Below the pieces are notes generated by a model, which searched no databases, was not told where the DNA came from, and saw only the letters and a list, made by a program, of their open reading frames with translations. A stretch of DNA of 64,000 nt from an uncultured delta proteobacterium (GTDB lineage: Bacteria > Bdellovibrionota > FAC87 > UBA2466): positions 128,001 through 192,000 of the forward strand of contig CAVZSV010000004.1 of NCBI GenBank assembly GCA_963778115.1, in the 5' to 3' direction. Numbering within the stretch: position 1 is the first letter of the stretch; every line of letters starts with the position of its first letter. Made by a program: the position numbers and the translations under genes. Below, piece by piece: positions 28,901 to 37,846 of this stretch.

Positions 28901-30121
28901 ATGAACTCCATCGTTATGTTTGGCATCGCGGGATCTTTTTTCGTAGTCATCTTGGCCGTCGCTTTTGTTTTGTTGGGACGTCTTCAGCGCACCGATCTTC
29001 ACTCTGGTTTCAAGATGTTGGGAGACAGCTTTGAAGCTTTTCAGCGCAATCTCTTACACGCGCAGAAAGAGTTCGAACGCTCACAGGAAGTAAAAAGCGC
29101 TACCCTGCGTCAAGAACTGGGCCAGGAATTACAATCAAATCGCAAAGAGCTTCAGCACGGGTTAACCCAAACCACAACGTCACTCGAAGCCAGAGTGACC
29201 GCCATCGATAGTCGCATTGACTCTAGACTCAAAGAGCTCACTAACGGCGTTCAAACCCGTCTCGATCAAAACGTGAAGGAAGGCTTTCGCCATTTTGAAA
29301 AGGTTCAAGAACATTTAAAGCAAGCTGAAATACAACTCCTTGGCCTTAATTCGGTTGGCAAATCGATCACCGATTTGAATAATCTTTTGAAACTTCCGCA
29401 TCTGCGCGGCGGCTTCGGAGAAGCTACCTTGGAACGGCTGCTAGCCGATCTCCTTCCAGTTGATAGTTATGAATTACAATACCGAATCAGTCCCACCTCC
29501 ACGGAACGGGTCGATGCCGTCATCAAATATCCCAAATACGTCCTGCCTATCGATAGCAAATTCCCGAGGGAGCAGGTATTGCCTCTGTTTGAAACCAACG
29601 ATCCGGTGAAACTGGAAGAGGCCCGAAAAAATCTCATCGAGGTCATGCGGATACTTGGCAAATCGATCAAAGAAAAATACATACGGCCCGACTGTGGAAC
29701 GGCGGACATGGCGCTACTCTTCGTTCCCAGCGAAACACTCTATTTTGAAATGATCCGAAGTCCCAAGCTCTGTGACGAACTGGCAAAAAATAAAGTCTTT
29801 GCGGTCTCTCCAAACACTCTGGCTGTCACCCTCCATGCCATCTCCATTGCTCGCAACTATTACGATATGGCAGCAGGAGTGGAAAAAACCATTAGTGAGA
29901 TCAAACGGTCGCAACAACACTTCGAACATTTTGAGAGAAAATTTGACGACGTCGGCAACGCGCTTGTGAAATCCCAAAACGCTTTTGGAGTCGCCTCGAC
30001 ACACCTCTCTCGTTACCGAAGTGCGGTTACACGACTTACCGGGGCGGAGGCGGACCTGGAAACGCCACCGGCGACAAGCTCGATCCCTGCGTCAACTCAG
30101 ATGACATTGGAAACCAGTTGA
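28901..30121 (+). CDS. rmuC: DNA recombination protein RmuC
   Basis: N-terminal TM helix plus coiled coil; RGGFGE, IDSKFP, KYIRP, FVPSE, SPNTL. Confidence 0.92.
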   Translation: MNSIVMFGIAGSFFVVILAVAFVLLGRLQRTDLHSGFKMLGDSFEAFQRNLLHAQKEFERSQEVKSATLRQELGQELQSNRKELQHGLTQTTTSLEARVTAIDSRIDSRLKELTNGVQTRLDQNVKEGFRHFEKVQEHLKQAEIQLLGLNSVGKSITDLNNLLKLPHLRGGFGEATLERLLADLLPVDSYELQYRISPTSTERVDAVIKYPKYVLPIDSKFPREQVLPLFETNDPVKLEEARKNLIEVMRILGKSIKEKYIRPDCGTADMALLFVPSETLYFEMIRSPKLCDELAKNKVFAVSPNTLAVTLHAISIARNYYDMAAGVEKTISEIKRSQQHFEHFERKFDDVGNALVKSQNAFGVASTHLSRYRSAVTRLTGAEADLETPPATSSIPASTQMTLETS

Positions 30122-30181
30122 CCGGCGGGTTGGCATAAGGGAAACCAAAGCTTACGTTAGTCAAAATGGGTTTGTTTTTTC

Positions 30182-31531
30182 ATGGCATCAATGGATAGCA
30201 GAGTCCCTCCCCAAAACTTGGAAGCCGAGCAATCGGTCCTGGGCGGAATCTTGATCGATAACCAGACCTTCCATAAGGTCGTGGACATTCTTACCGATGA
30301 AGATTTCTACCGCCCGGCTAACGCCAAAATCTATTCCGCGATGTGTGAGTTGGCCACCAAGGGAAATCCCATCGACATCGTGACACTCACGGCGAAGATG
30401 AAAGAGATGGGAATCTATGAAGAGGTGGGTGGTGCCGCTTACCTTGCGGAAGTACTGGAGCGAGTCCCGACAGCCATTCATTCCGAATATCACGCGAAAC
30501 TTGTGGCCGACCAGTCCATCAAACGGCAGCTGGTAAGTGCCTCCACGGATATCGGGAATCGAGGACTCGATCCTGGAGAGACCACCGAAGAGCTCTTGGA
30601 CTACGCCGAAAAGCGAATCTTTGGTCTTAGTTCGTCTAAGAAACAAAGATCCATCGTTCCGGTTAGAGATATCGTCCGCTCCGCTTTCATCGAGTTGGAA
30701 AAGCGGTTCGAAAATCAGGGACAAATGACGGGAATTCCCAGCGGATACATTGAACTCGACAAAATTCTTTCCGGCTTTCAACGCTCCGATCTGGTCATCG
30801 TGGCGTGCCGTCCTAGTATGGGAAAGACCAGCTTTTCTTTGGGAGCTACCCGTGCCGCCGCAGTCATGGGAAAGGTTCCGGTCGTCTTTTTCTCCTTAGA
30901 AATGGCCAAAGAACAGATCGTAACGCGTCTGTTGGCCGCCGAAGCCAAGGTCGACTCCCAGAGGATTCGAACGGGAAAATTAAACGAACAGGATTGGGGA
31001 CGCATGACGCGCGCTGCGGGTGTCCTCTCTGAAGCAAATATCTATATAGATGATACTCCGGCGTTAACGGTGCTCGAGATGCGCGGTAAAGCGCGACGGC
31101 TGAAAGCGGAATTAGGAGATATAGGGCTGGTCATCATCGACTACCTGCAGATTATGGGAACGAGCAAGCACGCGGAGAGTCGTGAAAAGGCTATTTCCGA
31201 TATTTCGCGTTCGCTCAAAGCCCTCGCCAAGGAACTTAACGTTCCCGTATTGGCTCTTTCGCAGCTCAATCGAAATATCGACCTGCGTACCGACAAGCGA
31301 CCGATGCTGGCGGATCTTCGTGAATCGGGCGCTATCGAACAGGACGCCGACGTCATTGTCTTTATTCACCGCGAAGAGGTGGATAATCTCCAGCCCAACG
31401 CGGCATCTGTAGCGGAATTCATCATCGGAAAGCATCGAAACGGTCCGCGCGGTACCGTCAAAGTGGCTTGGCTTGGACAGTATGCGTCCTTCGAAAATTT
31501 GGCGCCTGGATCCGCGCAACCAGAGCACTAG
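30182..31531 (+). CDS. dnaB: Replicative DNA helicase
   Basis: PPQNLEAEQSVLG, RPSMGKT, FSLEM, DYLQ, LSQLNR, DLRESGAIEQDAD, KHRNGP; no intein. Confidence 0.98.
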   Translation: MASMDSRVPPQNLEAEQSVLGGILIDNQTFHKVVDILTDEDFYRPANAKIYSAMCELATKGNPIDIVTLTAKMKEMGIYEEVGGAAYLAEVLERVPTAIHSEYHAKLVADQSIKRQLVSASTDIGNRGLDPGETTEELLDYAEKRIFGLSSSKKQRSIVPVRDIVRSAFIELEKRFENQGQMTGIPSGYIELDKILSGFQRSDLVIVACRPSMGKTSFSLGATRAAAVMGKVPVVFFSLEMAKEQIVTRLLAAEAKVDSQRIRTGKLNEQDWGRMTRAAGVLSEANIYIDDTPALTVLEMRGKARRLKAELGDIGLVIIDYLQIMGTSKHAESREKAISDISRSLKALAKELNVPVLALSQLNRNIDLRTDKRPMLADLRESGAIEQDADVIVFIHREEVDNLQPNAASVAEFIIGKHRNGPRGTVKVAWLGQYASFENLAPGSAQPEH

Positions 31532-31578
31532 TTGGAGTTAACTTACTAAGACTTGATCCCGGCACTCTGTGTGTTAGC

Positions 31579-31854
31579 ATGATTCAAACCTGTAAAAAAA
31601 TACGTTTGGGCCGTTTGAAGAAAAAGCCAACAAAGAAGAAAAATGACGACCTATTTAATCAGGTCGTCAAGCTCACCGGCCTACCCGGCAAGACTATTCG
31701 TCGTGAACTTAAATCCATTCTGGATAAGAAAAATATAGACGCCAATCAGCTCACGATCGATCAGCTTAGAGCTGTGGTCGCAAGTTACCTGCGCGAGATC
31801 ATGTCGAACCTTTTAGAGCGCGCCAGTTCTAGGCGGCAAGAGACACGACACTAG
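31579..31854 (+). CDS. Small basic helical hypothetical protein
   Basis: TGLP..EL..IL..LTIDQLR..YL pattern directly downstream of dnaB; start uncertain. Confidence 0.6.
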   Translation: MIQTCKKIRLGRLKKKPTKKKNDDLFNQVVKLTGLPGKTIRRELKSILDKKNIDANQLTIDQLRAVVASYLREIMSNLLERASSRRQETRH

Positions 31855-32051
31855 TCTTCTGCCTGGTTGGAGACATGCGCCGGCCCTCAGTTTTACGCCA
31901 TGTGTCACTTTTTGTCCCTCAACGCTCAGATCGCTTCTAAGGATTGCTGGAAAGCGCTATACTGTGGTATTAGACTCCGCGCAGGGATGAAATCGCTCTC
32001 CCACAACCTCGTGCCAGCTTTGTTTAAACTTTGTTTAACTGGGGGTATTCG

Positions 32052-33641
32052 ATGCCAAAGGTATGCTACATGCAGCGAGCTAGTACGTTGGCTATATTTG
32101 CCCTTGCCGCCCTGCTTCTAGTCTCCTGCGCTTCGCTAAATTCGGCCAGAGAGGGAGAAGTTCGAAAAAATGATGCGGTCGCCCAGCAAATTTCCCAAGC
32201 GACGGGTGATACCAGTGATACCGCGGATGCCGGCCCTAAAACGGACAGGGGTGAGGTAAGTCAAACCGACAAATCGGCAGCCGAAAAGACCCCGGACGCT
32301 ATTGAAAACCTAACTATTGGCGAAGTGATCGGGGCCGAAGAGCCCAATACGGCCAATCTATATGACAACAGCCGCTATGATTTCCCTATTACCGTAAATT
32401 CCCGTGTGGAAGGATGGATCGACTACTTCACGGGGCGCGGCCGCATCCATATGGAACGCTATCTTTCGCGGTCCAGCCGTTACATGCCCATGATGCGACA
32501 AATTCTAAAGAAGAATGGATTACCCGAAGATTTAGTTTACCTGGCTCTAATCGAAAGCGGATTTAACATGAGGGCCCGTTCGCGTGCCCGTGCTGTGGGG
32601 CCTTGGCAATTTGTGAAAGCGACCGGCAAGCGTTACGGTCTGCGTGTTGACTCCTGGATCGATGAAAGGCGCGACTTTATCGCCAGTACCGAGGCTGCCG
32701 CAAAGTATCTAAAGGATCTCTACCTCATGTTTGAGTCCTGGTACCTTGCCGCTTCCGCATATAACGCCGGAGAATATAAGATTTTGCGAGCCGTCGATTC
32801 GGTGAAAACCCACAACTACTGGCGCATTTGCCAAAGCCACGCTATCAAACGCGAGACCAAAGACTACGTTCCTAAACTGATTGCAGCAGCAATCATCGGC
32901 AAGAACCCTTCCAAATATGGCTTCGATGACGTCAGTTATGAAGATCCCGTAGCTTTTGAAACGGTTTCCGTGGATTTCCCTTTGCAGCTTAAAGAGATTG
33001 CAACCCTGGTGGACGCTCCCGAAGACGACATCTTAGACCTTAATCCGGAGCTCGCTCATGGTGTGGTCCCTCCGGATTCGAACACATACGAAGTTCGAGT
33101 TCCCGTTGGCTCGCGAGTCATCGTTGAACGGGCACTGGCGTCGATGAAGAGCGGAAATATTCCTGCCCAAATACCCTACCAGCATCTGGTGAAATCAGGC
33201 GACACTCTGCGAAGTGTCGCCCGCAAGTACCATATGCGGCTTAATGAGCTCGCCGCCGCCAATAATCTTTCTCCTCGAGAGAGGCTGGAACCCGGTTCCT
33301 CCCTCGTAATCCCTCATCGGATGGTTGCGACCTCCTCCAATCGGACTCCGTCCTCGGCTTCTGTCTCGGCACAACCCGCCGCAGCCACTAGCACCGCCAC
33401 CGCGAAAAAGTCTGTCCTTACCAACGATCAAGATGGTTTTATTCTTCATACCGTTCGTCGCGGCGAATCCCTTTGGTCGATTTCGGAAAAATATAGTGTC
33501 ACCATTCAAGACATCTTCAAGTGGAATAACCTCAAGAAATCGCGAATCTTTCCAGGCAAGCGATTACGAATCAGATCCGACAAAGAGTCGATGGCAGAAA
33601 GAACTGCCGTGGTGGTGCAGAAGAAAAAGCGGCACGGGTAA
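32052..33641 (+). CDS. mltD: Membrane-bound lytic murein transglycosylase D-like lipoprotein with LysM domains
   Basis: Lipobox LVSC; LALIESG, AVGPWQF, AYNAGE, ETKDYVPK; two clear C-terminal LysM repeats. Confidence 0.9.
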   Translation: MPKVCYMQRASTLAIFALAALLLVSCASLNSAREGEVRKNDAVAQQISQATGDTSDTADAGPKTDRGEVSQTDKSAAEKTPDAIENLTIGEVIGAEEPNTANLYDNSRYDFPITVNSRVEGWIDYFTGRGRIHMERYLSRSSRYMPMMRQILKKNGLPEDLVYLALIESGFNMRARSRARAVGPWQFVKATGKRYGLRVDSWIDERRDFIASTEAAAKYLKDLYLMFESWYLAASAYNAGEYKILRAVDSVKTHNYWRICQSHAIKRETKDYVPKLIAAAIIGKNPSKYGFDDVSYEDPVAFETVSVDFPLQLKEIATLVDAPEDDILDLNPELAHGVVPPDSNTYEVRVPVGSRVIVERALASMKSGNIPAQIPYQHLVKSGDTLRSVARKYHMRLNELAAANNLSPRERLEPGSSLVIPHRMVATSSNRTPSSASVSAQPAAATSTATAKKSVLTNDQDGFILHTVRRGESLWSISEKYSVTIQDIFKWNNLKKSRIFPGKRLRIRSDKESMAERTAVVVQKKKRHG

Positions 33642-33695
33642 TCGAGATTTTTCGACTCTCAGGCTACTGCGACCCCAACTCCCAAGTAATGACCG

Positions 33696-33704
33696 TGTGG
33701 ATAA
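33696..33704 (-). promoter_or_regulatory. Perfect DnaA box (TTATCCACA) in an intergenic region
   Basis: TGTGGATAA on the plus strand between mltD and the ORF at 33777; single copy. Confidence 0.35.
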
Positions 33705-33776
33705 AACCTGAACTTTCCTTAGGAATCAGTCGCTTCCTCGCCTTTTTTTTCCAGATGTGTTACTGAGCTGCGCTCT

Positions 33777-35018
33777 ATGCGCCTGGCTCCCTTTCTATTT
33801 TTTCTTGGTCTTTTAGCTGCTTTCGCCCATGCATCGCCCTCCAAAGCTCCTCCCCAAGTAATCTTAAGCTATCTTGTCCAACGGTATCTTCCCTTAAAGG
33901 GCAACAAATCGGGTTTCGAAATCATTTGCGCCAATGAGCTTCTAAACGCCCCTCATGGCGTATCTCTAAATGCTATCGTTGAAACCTTGGCGTATTCGCA
34001 GGTCACGGGCCGAGACCTCAATGATATACGACTCGGTTTTGGGGCCCCTTTTTCCTCCTTTGTAGACGGACTGGCCCCTCGCAGCTCAGTACTTCTTTCC
34101 GGAGGGGGCTATGGAATATACGGTTGGGAATTGATTAACCAGGGTCACCAAGTAACCATGGTCAACGCCCATAATTTTTATGGGGAACAATTTTACCAAG
34201 TCCTATTTCTCCATCGCAAGATTGCCGCAAGACTTTTTCTTGATGTTTTCGATAAAAAGACTCGGTCCTTTGAAACTATTGGGGCAATCCCCGTGGGGAT
34301 CTTCTCTCGCCTAGCTAGCGTGTTCCAGATTCCCCTTCCGCAAGCTATTACCATGGATAAGAGTGGTGGTTTCTCGGAGGAACGTTGGACTCTTGCGAAG
34401 AACATCCCCCCCGAACAATTCTTAATCTCCTTCTTTAAGTTTTGTGATCAAGTTGTTCAAGAACTTTCACGCAGAGATAACCTACCAGGACAAAACATTA
34501 ATATCGTCTACGATATCATTCAAACCGGCATCGAAACAATTCCGGACAACTCAATTCATCTGGCGATCGATTACATGGATGCCCTCTATTACTCTTCCGA
34601 CCGTTGGAAGGTTGCTAGCAACATCTACCAAAAAATGAAAGTAGGGGCCAAGCTCTATATTTATGGGGAAGGGCTTCTCGATTATGTCCGCCTGAGACCG
34701 AGAGAAAGAGAACGTTTTAAAGAGATCCCAAGTAGCGCTGAAGGCGTAGTACTTATGCCTATCTATCTCAAGGAAACATTTCCGAATGCTTTCGATATTT
34801 ACTGGACGAGGCACGGTGTCCCGTCGGCCTTCCGAGCTAAGGCGGGAAATCAAAACGAGTGGGATTCTCTCATTATTGTCATCGAGAAAAAAAGTGAACA
34901 ACCAATAGACTTCATGGAAGGGTTAAATTCTACAACGCTGTGGTTCTACGAGATACCGAGTAATAGGCTCTCACAAATGCAGGTTCCCTTTTCCGAGTTT
35001 AGATCGACCCGACCGTAA
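33777..35018 (+). CDS. Secreted hypothetical protein with SAM-methyltransferase-like motifs
   Basis: Signal peptide ending AHA; VLLSGGGYG glycine loop; IPDNSIHLAID..IYQKMKVGAKLYI. Confidence 0.55.
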   Translation: MRLAPFLFFLGLLAAFAHASPSKAPPQVILSYLVQRYLPLKGNKSGFEIICANELLNAPHGVSLNAIVETLAYSQVTGRDLNDIRLGFGAPFSSFVDGLAPRSSVLLSGGGYGIYGWELINQGHQVTMVNAHNFYGEQFYQVLFLHRKIAARLFLDVFDKKTRSFETIGAIPVGIFSRLASVFQIPLPQAITMDKSGGFSEERWTLAKNIPPEQFLISFFKFCDQVVQELSRRDNLPGQNINIVYDIIQTGIETIPDNSIHLAIDYMDALYYSSDRWKVASNIYQKMKVGAKLYIYGEGLLDYVRLRPRERERFKEIPSSAEGVVLMPIYLKETFPNAFDIYWTRHGVPSAFRAKAGNQNEWDSLIIVIEKKSEQPIDFMEGLNSTTLWFYEIPSNRLSQMQVPFSEFRSTRP

Positions 35019-37842
35019 AATAGAACTTTATCCCCTGCTGATTCGGTCCCAGCCCCTGAGCTAGGTCGATCACAATCGGACCCACCGGAGTCTTGTATCT
35101 AAAACCAAATCCTATGCCGTCATTTCGTCCTTGCGGGCTGCCGTTCGGAAAAATCTCTCCCGTGTCATAGAAAAGAGCACCGCCAATTCCCGAAAAAAGC
35201 GGCATCGTAATCTCAGCACGAAAATTATAGTAACCGGTATTTTGAACGGGAGGTCCAATGATAACGGTCGGGTTGTTCGGATCAGTCACCAGAGCGGTAA
35301 ACTGATTCAAATTGAAACCTCTTATCGATCCGCTGCCCCCCAAAGCGAGATCGTTTGCAAGACGGGCAGCGGGTAGCCCCTCTCCCGGAACCAAAGTCTG
35401 TGCCCAAGCAAAACCCGCGTAGAGCGCTAATACGGTGTTGGGTAACAATGGAAAATAGAAGGAGTTGCGGGAGAGGGCCATTACAAAAGAGTTATTCTGC
35501 GAAAGAAGTAGCGGACTAGACAACTCCAGATTTAAGGTGTGGTAGCTGCCCCATGACGGGTTATAAGGATCGTTGCGCAAGTCCACAATAATGCCGGGTC
35601 CCGTGGAACCGATAACGTCGACGACACTGCTTCCCGGCTGATTGAGGAACTCCGTCCGAGTACGCTCAAATTGGTAAATGCGATAAAGCCCGGTAACTTT
35701 AGACGACAGTTTCTTTTCTATCTTTCCTTGAACCTTCGTTCGGGTTTGAATAACGATTCCGGAATCGAGATTAGAAACTTCATAGCTATCGAAGATCACC
35801 TGTCCCGTAAACACCACGGGAATTTCAAAGGGATACGGAGCGCGATAACCTAATACGCCCGAATATTCGACGAACGGAATTAGAGTCCCCGTACGCTGCA
35901 GGGGCAAAGACAGCTCGGTTCTTGCCGATGCCGTTTGATTGAGGCCCCCGACATTCTTGTAGGCCAAACTTAGAAAAGACCTCAAACGCAAAAACGGATC
36001 TTCGTAAAATCCTCCGAAGCCCACTTCCCCCAGTCCCGGCTTTGTCTCTCGCACTATGACCTTTAGATCTTTTTTCTCGGTCTGTTTGGGATCCGTAGTG
36101 GGAACGATTTCCACTCGATTAAAAATACCAAGGGTGGACACTTTCTCTTCCGATAGTCGAACTTTGGTCCCGTCGTAAACATCCCCCTCTTTTATCTGCA
36201 TTTCGCGCAGAATGACCTTGTCTTTGGTCTTTTTATTTCCCTCGAGCTTGACCGACCCCACCAGATATTTTGGCCCTTCTACTACGTCCACTTCAATCGC
36301 AGCGTACTTCGAATCGCGAGAGATGAGATAATCCACCTCTTTACCGTCTACCAGGGCAAACCGCATATCGGCATATCCCATACTCTGGTACCGTGCCACC
36401 AACCGCTTCTTGGCCTCAAGCACGCGATCCTTATTGAAGGGAGAGTCTTTCTTTAGATCTAGCGTCGCTATGACTTGTTCTTTGGAAAGTTGGGTCACTC
36501 CGTGAATGTCGATGTCGCCCACTAACGTTCGAGTGCCACACTCTAGATCAAAAAAGATATCTACCCCTTTTCGGTCTTGCGAAAAGACGACCCGGGGAGT
36601 ATTTAGCGAAACATTGAGATAGCCTGCTTCCTGTAATCTTGTTCTCAAAGCTCGAACGGAATCCTCCATGCCTCCGTCCCAATAAACCCCGCGGCTCAAA
36701 ACTCCCGAGGCATTGTCATAAAACAGGGAACGAAGTTCAGATTCACTATAGTGGCCGAGTGAGCCATTGAAATGGATGGCATCGATAATAACTTTGGGTC
36801 CTTCGTCGATGTCGAAGCGGACGATGTTCAATTTGTCTTGGTCGCGTTGCACACTTCGAGTGCGTACTTTACAAAAATGGTACCCTATCGTGCGGTATTT
36901 CTTCTCGATAGACTCCGCGATTTTCTGACTAAAGTCTGCCTGCGAAAGAACCTCCTCAGTCAGTAATTCTCTTAAGTCCACGTCGTCAAAAACGTAATTA
37001 CCTTCAAATTGAAACTGGAACCTCCCGTTCATCTTCACTGAGATGCCAACCACCACTTGACTTTGATCCGTGTTAAAATCGACGTTAGAACCCTCCACTT
37101 TCGACGTGGGATACTGATTCGCCTGTAAGTACTCGTTGATCTTTACAATACTTTCATCCAACAGATCACGCGAGAAGACTCCCCCTACTCTAAGCTTCAC
37201 CTGCTTCTTCATCGCCGCATTTTCTTCCGGACTTGCCCCCACTACCGAGATCGAGCCCACCGTGGTCGGTTCATGAGCATCGATTACAAACTGCGCATCA
37301 GATTCCGAACTGTTCGGAACATCAATAAATTTGATATCAATATGGACTTTGTAGAAGCCTCGCGATTGATAAGCTGCTTTCAAGCGATCTTTCAAAGAAT
37401 CGAGGACCCGCATATCGACGGTTCGGCCGTCATCCCAGTCAATGCTTGCCCGAACGTCGTCTAAGATCTTACTGTCACCATTTACAAAGAGAACCTGTCT
37501 GATTTTTCTAAGACGCTCGGCTCTAACGCTGACCAAAATTCCGCCTGACGTTCTAGAAGCCTCTACGAACACGTCCTGGTAGGTCCCCTTAGCTTGCAAC
37601 GCTCGAATGCCTTCATCAAGACGCTTTCCATCGATATGGCTTCCAATAGCAAGCCCAAGGCTCTTAACCACCGATTCCAGATCGCCTTTCTTGATATTGG
37701 GAGAATCGATAGCGACAACGGGGAGTTCGGTTACGTCCTGCCCGACATCCTCCCCTTTTGCGGCGTCCGCTGCCACAACCACAGAGGGGCACAGAGCCAC
37801 TGCCAATACGATGCTTAGTAGGATAGATCTTGCCCAACGCAC
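34999..37842 (-). CDS. Omp85 (BamA/TamA) family outer-membrane protein with multiple POTRA domains
   Basis: GTG start 4 nt after the tamB stop; signal peptide; POTRA repeats (EGNKKTKDKVILREM); GGSGSIRGF loop; GFRYKTPVGPI. Confidence 0.9.
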   Translation of the reverse strand: MRWARSILLSIVLAVALCPSVVVAADAAKGEDVGQDVTELPVVAIDSPNIKKGDLESVVKSLGLAIGSHIDGKRLDEGIRALQAKGTYQDVFVEASRTSGGILVSVRAERLRKIRQVLFVNGDSKILDDVRASIDWDDGRTVDMRVLDSLKDRLKAAYQSRGFYKVHIDIKFIDVPNSSESDAQFVIDAHEPTTVGSISVVGASPEENAAMKKQVKLRVGGVFSRDLLDESIVKINEYLQANQYPTSKVEGSNVDFNTDQSQVVVGISVKMNGRFQFQFEGNYVFDDVDLRELLTEEVLSQADFSQKIAESIEKKYRTIGYHFCKVRTRSVQRDQDKLNIVRFDIDEGPKVIIDAIHFNGSLGHYSESELRSLFYDNASGVLSRGVYWDGGMEDSVRALRTRLQEAGYLNVSLNTPRVVFSQDRKGVDIFFDLECGTRTLVGDIDIHGVTQLSKEQVIATLDLKKDSPFNKDRVLEAKKRLVARYQSMGYADMRFALVDGKEVDYLISRDSKYAAIEVDVVEGPKYLVGSVKLEGNKKTKDKVILREMQIKEGDVYDGTKVRLSEEKVSTLGIFNRVEIVPTTDPKQTEKKDLKVIVRETKPGLGEVGFGGFYEDPFLRLRSFLSLAYKNVGGLNQTASARTELSLPLQRTGTLIPFVEYSGVLGYRAPYPFEIPVVFTGQVIFDSYEVSNLDSGIVIQTRTKVQGKIEKKLSSKVTGLYRIYQFERTRTEFLNQPGSSVVDVIGSTGPGIIVDLRNDPYNPSWGSYHTLNLELSSPLLLSQNNSFVMALSRNSFYFPLLPNTVLALYAGFAWAQTLVPGEGLPAARLANDLALGGSGSIRGFNLNQFTALVTDPNNPTVIIGPPVQNTGYYNFRAEITMPLFSGIGGALFYDTGEIFPNGSPQGRNDGIGFGFRYKTPVGPIVIDLAQGLGPNQQGIKFYFTVGSI

Positions 37843-37846
37843 TCGA

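Noticed and set aside
32005..32018. Sigma54 motif TGGCACGAGGTTGT on the minus strand
   Set aside because: Spacing is one base short, the GC is missing, and no gene lies downstream on that strand
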